From Macrostomum lignano (lineage: Eukaryota): 64,000 nt of DNA. The stretch is taken from positions 1 through 64,000 of the forward strand of contig NIVC01000962.1 in assembly GCA_002269645.1 (NCBI GenBank), in the 5' to 3' direction. The translations under genes were made by a program, and so were the position numbers. Below the pieces are notes generated by a model. That model was given only the letters and a program-made list of their open reading frames with translations, was not told the origin of the DNA and did no database searches. Below are positions 59,201 to 64,000 of this stretch, in pieces; position 1 is the stretch's first letter, and every line of letters begins with the position of its first letter.

Positions 59201-60148
59201 ACGAGTAAGATTGAGGCTCCGAAAGAGCCAGTCGCTTCTATATATTTAGCGAGCACCGTACGCAAGCAACAAAGACCCTCGAGGGTCTCTCATACATGTA
59301 CGCAAATCAAAGGGGGAAAGGAAAGGAAGGAAGGAACAGCAAGCAAGCAATGGGTGACGCATCGCGATAATGAACACTCCTACCCCACTTCCCCCAACCC
59401 CCTCTCACACAACAACACACTACACTGTACGTCATCACAGTAATGCTGTTCGATCACTCTGTACTGTACTATAGTTTTATATATGGAAGCCATCGCAATG
59501 TGCTATTTGCTCTTATTAAATCATAGATTTCTCACATCTACTCTTTCCCTCTTGTCATTCCCAAATTCACTCGCATTGTAAGTCTCACCCGAATGTCACT
59601 CCCTACCTCACTCTTCCAATCTACAATGTAACTCATACTTTCACTCACAATTTCACTCTCAACGTCACTCTCAATCTTACTCTCTACCTCACTCCCCAAA
59701 TCTAACTCATACTATTTTCACTCTCAATATCACTCTCAATGTCACTCTCAATATCCCACTCAATGTCACACTCATGGTCACTCTCACCAAAAATCGCCAC
59801 AATCCGAGCGTCGCTAAACACGTCCAGCAGCTTAGGCGGCTCCTGACCAGCTCCGGCAGTGTCGCTGAAGCATATCACAGCCCGCACCGTCAGGGTGGCG
59901 ACGGTGTACAGTGCCGACACGGCCTGCTGGCAGCACTCCACCACGGACAGGAAGTACAGCATGATGCGCATCCGGGATTGGTCTCGATTGGCTCGCAGGA
60001 TGAGCACAGCCAGCAGGTTGGTGCAGAAGGCGGCGGCGTTGATGGCGAGGTCGGCGGCCAGGATGGGCACCACCGCGTTGTAGGCTGGGGTGCACATCAT
60101 CGGGCTGGAGTTGCTGGCCGGCCTCGGCTGCTCGGTTGGCGATGACAT
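47296..60148 (-). CDS. Class A (rhodopsin-like) orphan GPCR, peptide-receptor-like, ~542 aa. Exons: 59788-60148, 50456-50921, 47296-48097
   Basis: Seven hydrophobic segments: TM1 N (FCTNLLAVLIL), TM3 RNFW...ITRWDAVAKPL (DRY replaced by TRW), TM4 LLILPP, TM5 VSNVVPF, TM6 FLIFEIPFF, TM7 NLDSLCNFFIY. GT-AG introns with phases 1 and 2 are consistent. Confidence 0.88.
48108..50395. repeat. Higher-order repeat: runs of a 21-bp unit (CTCTGCGACTCTTCCTT[G/A]GGA) separated by six copies of a ~65-bp spacer; fills GPCR intron 2
   Basis: Spacer starts at ~48353, 48775, 49176, 49535, 49957 and 50337. The intervals 422, 401, 359, 422 and 380 differ by multiples of 21. Confidence 0.96.
50940..51195. repeat. 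~60-bp repeat x4 (GAGAGGCGCTGATTGATTGGTTTTGGGATGGTGGAGGATGGGGTGG...) next to the GPCR exon 2 acceptor
   Basis: Direct reading. Confidence 0.9.
51895..52340. repeat. 21-bp CT-rich minisatellite (CTCTCTCATCTCCCATCTCCC)
   Basis: Direct reading. Confidence 0.93.
53365..55260 (+). mobile_element. THAP/P-element-like DNA transposon, internally deleted (1896 bp), nested at the 3' end of the Gypsy pol
   Basis: Perfect 38-bp TIRs CCGCGGACCCCGGGATTATAAGCAACTGGACTGGAAGG (53365-53402, 55223-55260); direct repeat TCAGC on both sides; THAP plus DDE ORF inside. Confidence 0.92.
53703..55152 (+). pseudogene. THAP9/P-element-type transposase, one +1 frameshift near 53891, truncated right after the DxxH motif
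   Basis: THAP C2CH zinc finger (CSAYGC...FPW...CSKHF) with AVPSIF box; LPSDRTL; catalytic LAIDEI and VCVDN; FDPVHL followed by a stop. The insertion domain and catalytic Glu are missing. Confidence 0.88.
55261..59159 (-). pseudogene. Gypsy gag-pol polyprotein with three frameshifts (~58500, ~57645, ~56142)
   Basis: Zinc knuckle CFRCLSQRHLAAKC; protease IDTGAS; RT DLSQAY and FIDDLII; RNase H CDAS...EKEAL...DHKPL; integrase H-H-C-C, HIDFAG, SDNG, QAER. Confidence 0.93.
59590..59785. repeat. Degenerate CACTCTCAAT-type repeat beside the GPCR exon 1 donor
   Basis: Imperfect units. Confidence 0.7.
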
Positions 60149-60489
60149 CTTTTTGGGATTTGGGATCTGGGATTTGAGATCTGGGGTCGAGATTACTGGC
60201 GATTCTGCTTGTCGGGCGGCATCTCGGGCGGGTATTTAAGCCGCCTCTCGCCCCCCCCCCCCACGGTCTCACTCTCCGAGCTCGGCATCCAATGACGGCT
60301 TGAGCACTCGGCTGCAGGCCTATTGGAATGAATAACGGACGGAGGTCGCGAGTTCGATTCGCATCGAGATTCCGACTCGGCGAACTCAAACTCAGGGGGT
60401 CTTCAGTGTTCCGAAGCGGTAATCTCATAATTAGTGACAGGGAATTAGTGTAGAAGTGTTGTTCTCAAATATGGAATATTCTCAAGTAG

Positions 60490-60810
60490 GGAATTATCGG
60501 CTGAGGAATTTTGGGTAAGGAGAATTCTTGCCCAGGAAATTCTTGATAAGGGAATTCTATAGGATGGGGATTCTCGATAGGAGAATTATACATGTATATA
60601 AGAGGCTTCGCAAAAAGAGAATTTTATATAGATGAATCCTATACTAAGGGAATTCTATATAGTGGAATTCTATTCGAAGGAAACTCGCAATTAGAGAATC
60701 TTATATAGGGGAATTCTATACTAAGGGAATTCTATAGGGTAATTCAATACCAAGGGAATTATATCCAGAGGAATTCTATACTAAGGGAATTCTATGTAAG
60801 GGGAATCCAG
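60490..60810. repeat. Degenerate GGGAATTCTATA repeat upstream of the GPCR
   Basis: Imperfect recurring units. Confidence 0.7.
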
Positions 60811-61351
60811 AACTTTTAGTTAGAAGGTTCACCGTGAAAATTCTCCTCATGGGATTCTATGGGCAGGTGGAAGTGTCATCGAGTGAGGACACCCAGTACT
60901 GATTTGCTCAAAAGCTTATCATGAAACCGGCAGCTTCTGATGTGGGCTTGAATTTATTGATAGCGTAATTCTTGGGGCAATAATAATGAGACGGTCGCTA
61001 ATGATGGGGCAGAGACAAGCAGAGATGTGGCGAAGTATCTGGGGCTTCTAATTACCCTCGCTATCTGCTTCAGACTCCCTCCGCATCTATGCATGCAGTT
61101 CCGAAAGACAGTCTCATTTCCAAGCTGACAGAAGCTGCGCGATCGAGATGGAGAGCGTGCACTATTAAGCCGGAGTATAGTGCACAAAAACTCCCATTGG
61201 GAAGTTTTAGTTCTGGGGTTGATGTAATTTCCCATTGACTATAAATGCTTATCTAAAAGTTCTATGTAGCATTTATGCTGGGAAATTTCTGACTGGAATG
61301 TTTAGGGGTCAAATTTGGACAACGCTCGATTGCACAATATATTGAGTCTGT

Positions 61352-64000
61352 ACTGATGATTCTGAACTGATGATTCTGAACTGATGATTGTGAACTGATG
61401 ATTCTGAACTGATGATTGTGAACTGATGATTCTGAATTGATGATTGTGAACTGATGATTCTGAACTGATGATTGTGAACTGATGATTCTGAACTGATGAT
61501 TCTGAACTGATGATTCTGAACTGATGATTCTGAACTGATGATTCTGAACTGATGATTCTGAACTGATGATTCTGAACTGATGATTGTGAACTGATGATTG
61601 TGAACTGATGATTGTGAACTGATGATTCTGAACTGATGATTCTGAACTGATGATTGTGAACTGATGATTCTGAACTGATGATTCTGAACTGATGATTCTG
61701 AACTGATGATTCTGAACTGATGATTCTGAACTGATGATTCTGAACTGATGATTCTGAACTGATGATTCTGAACTGATGATTGTGAACTGATGATTCTGAA
61801 CTGATGATTCTGAACTGATGATTGTGAACTGATGATTCTGAATTGATGATTCTGAACTGATGATTGTGAACTGATGATTCTGAACTGATGATTGTGAACT
61901 GATGATTCTGAACTGATGATTCTGAACTGATGATTGTGAACTGATGATTCTGAATTGATGATTCTGAACTGATGATTCTGAACTGATGATTCTGAACTGA
62001 TGATTGTGAACTGATGATTCTGAACTGATGATTCTGAACTGATGATTCTGAACTGATGATTCTGAACTGATGATTCTGAATTGATGATTCTGAACTGATG
62101 ATTCTGAACTGATGATTCTGAACTGATGATTGTGAACTGATGATTCTGAACTGATGATTCTGAACTGATGATTCTGAACTGATGATTCTGAACTGATGAT
62201 TGTGAACTGATGATTCTGAACTGATGATTCTGAACTGATGATTCTGAACTGATGATTCTGAACTGATGATTGTGAACTGATGATTCTGAACTGATGATTC
62301 TGAACTGATGATTCTGAACTGATGATTCTGAACTGATGATTCTGAACTGATGATTCTGAACTGATGATTCTGAACTGATGATTGTGAACTGATGATTCTG
62401 AACTGATGATTCTGAACTGATGATTCTGAACTGATGATTGTGAACTGATGATTGTGAACTGATGATTCTGAACTGATGATTCTGAACTGATGATTCTGAA
62501 CTGATGATTCTGAACTGATGATTCTGAACTGATGATTGTGAACTGATGATTGTGAACTGATGATTGTGAACTGATGATTGTGAACTGATGATTGTGAACT
62601 GATGATTCTGAACTGATGATTCTGAACTGATGATTCTGAACTGATGATTGTGAACTGATGATTCTGAACTGATGATTCTGAACTGATGATTCTGAACTGA
62701 TGATTCTGAACTGATGATTCTGAACTGATGATTCTGAACTGATGATTCTGAACTGATGATTCTGAACTGATGATTCTGAACTGATGATTGTGAACTGATG
62801 ATTCTGAACTGATGATTGTGAACTGATGATTGTGAACTGATGATTGTGAACTGATGATTGTGAACTGATGATTGTGAACTGATGATTGTGAACTGATGAT
62901 TGTGAACTGATGATTGTGAACTGATGATTCTGAACTGATGATTGTGAACTGATGATTCTGAACTGATGATTGTGAACTGATGATTCTGAACTGATGATTC
63001 TGAACTGATGATTCTGAACTGATGATTGTGAACTGATGATTGTGAACTGATGATTGTGAACTGATGATTGTGAACTGATGATTGTGAACTGATGATTGTG
63101 AACTGATGATTCTGAACTGATGATTGTGAACTGATGATTCTGAACTGATGATTCTGAACTGATGATTGTGAACTGATGATTGTGAACTGATGATTCTGAA
63201 CTGATGATTGTGAACTGATGATTCTGAACTGATGATTGTGAACTGATGATTGTGAACTGATGATTCTGAACTGATGATTGTGAACTGATGATTCTGAACT
63301 GATGATTCTGAACTGATGATTCTGAACTGATGATTCTGAACTGATGATTCTGAACTGATGATTCTGAACTGATGATTGTGAACTGATGATTCTGAACTGA
63401 TGATTCTGAACTGATGATTCTGAACTGATGATTCTGAACTGATGATTCTGAACTGATGATTGTGAACTGATGATTGTGAACTGATGATTGTGAACTGATG
63501 ATTCTGAACTGATGATTGTGAACTGATGATTCTGAACTGATGATTGTGAACTGATGATTCTGAACTGATGATTCTGAACTGATGATTCTGAACTGATGAT
63601 TCTGAACTGATGATTCTGAACTGATGATTCTGAACTGATGATTCTGAACTGATGATTCTGAACTGATGATTCTGAACTGATGATTCTGTGAACTGATGAT
63701 TCTGAACTGATGATTGTGAACTGATGATTCTGAACTGATGATTGTGAACTGATGATTGTGAACTGATGATTCTGAACTGATGATTGTGAACTGATGATTC
63801 TGAATTGATGATTGTGAACTGATGATTCTGAACTGATGATTCTGAACTGATGATTGTGAACTGATGATTGTGAACTGATGATTGTGAACTGATGATTCTG
63901 AATGATGATTGTGAACTGATGATTCTGAACTGATGATTGTGAACTGATGATTCTGAACTGATGATTGTGAACTGATGATTGTGAACTGATGATTGTGAAC
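61352..64000. repeat. 14-bp satellite (GAACTGATGATT[C/G]T), >2.6 kb, runs off the window end
   Basis: About 190 units, essentially two variants differing at one base. Confidence 0.98.

Larger units (their letters stand above)
53013..59439 (-). mobile_element. Full-length Ty3/Gypsy LTR retrotransposon, Mag-like (~4.5 kb without the nested insert), in GPCR intron 1
   Basis: LTRs 59173-59439 (5') and 53013-53273 (3') differ by 3 transitions and one 6-bp indel. PBS TGGCGACGAGG at 59161-59171, PPT AGTGGGAAAGGG at 53274-53285, 5-bp TSD GTAAT (53008-53012, 59440-59444). Domain order gag-PR-RT-RH-INT. Confidence 0.96.

Overview
Eukaryotic (metazoan) genomic DNA with spliceosomal introns. The mix of GC-rich exons, short AT-rich introns, and long introns packed with many different minisatellites resembles the flatworm Macrostomum; that assignment is inference only. 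Hand-built gene models: (1) three tandem two-exon SVOP-like MFS transporter genes on + (945-9659), the first carrying six small deletions; (2) an 11-exon SWAP-70/DEF6-like gene on - (12056-19102); (3) a five-exon GT7 beta-1,4-Gal/GalNAc-transferase on - (21975-~43326) with a 13-kb first intron; (4) a three-exon class A GPCR on - (47296-60148). GPCR intron 1 holds a full-length Mag-type Ty3/Gypsy LTR retrotransposon, which is itself interrupted by a truncated THAP/P-element-like DNA transposon with 38-bp TIRs. A tRNA-derived SINE-like element sits inside a telomere-like (CCCTAA)n tract at 19873-20196. More than 30 tandem-repeat arrays cover roughly 24 kb (hand estimate), almost all beyond position 10 kb, and most long ORFs in the supplied track are artefacts of them. 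Best leads: a 1.7-kb minisatellite flanked by a 22-bp duplication with fold-back hairpins, the SINE in telomeric repeat, the triple-nested transposons with atypical ends, and a possible unannotated + strand gene head-to-head with the glycosyltransferase.
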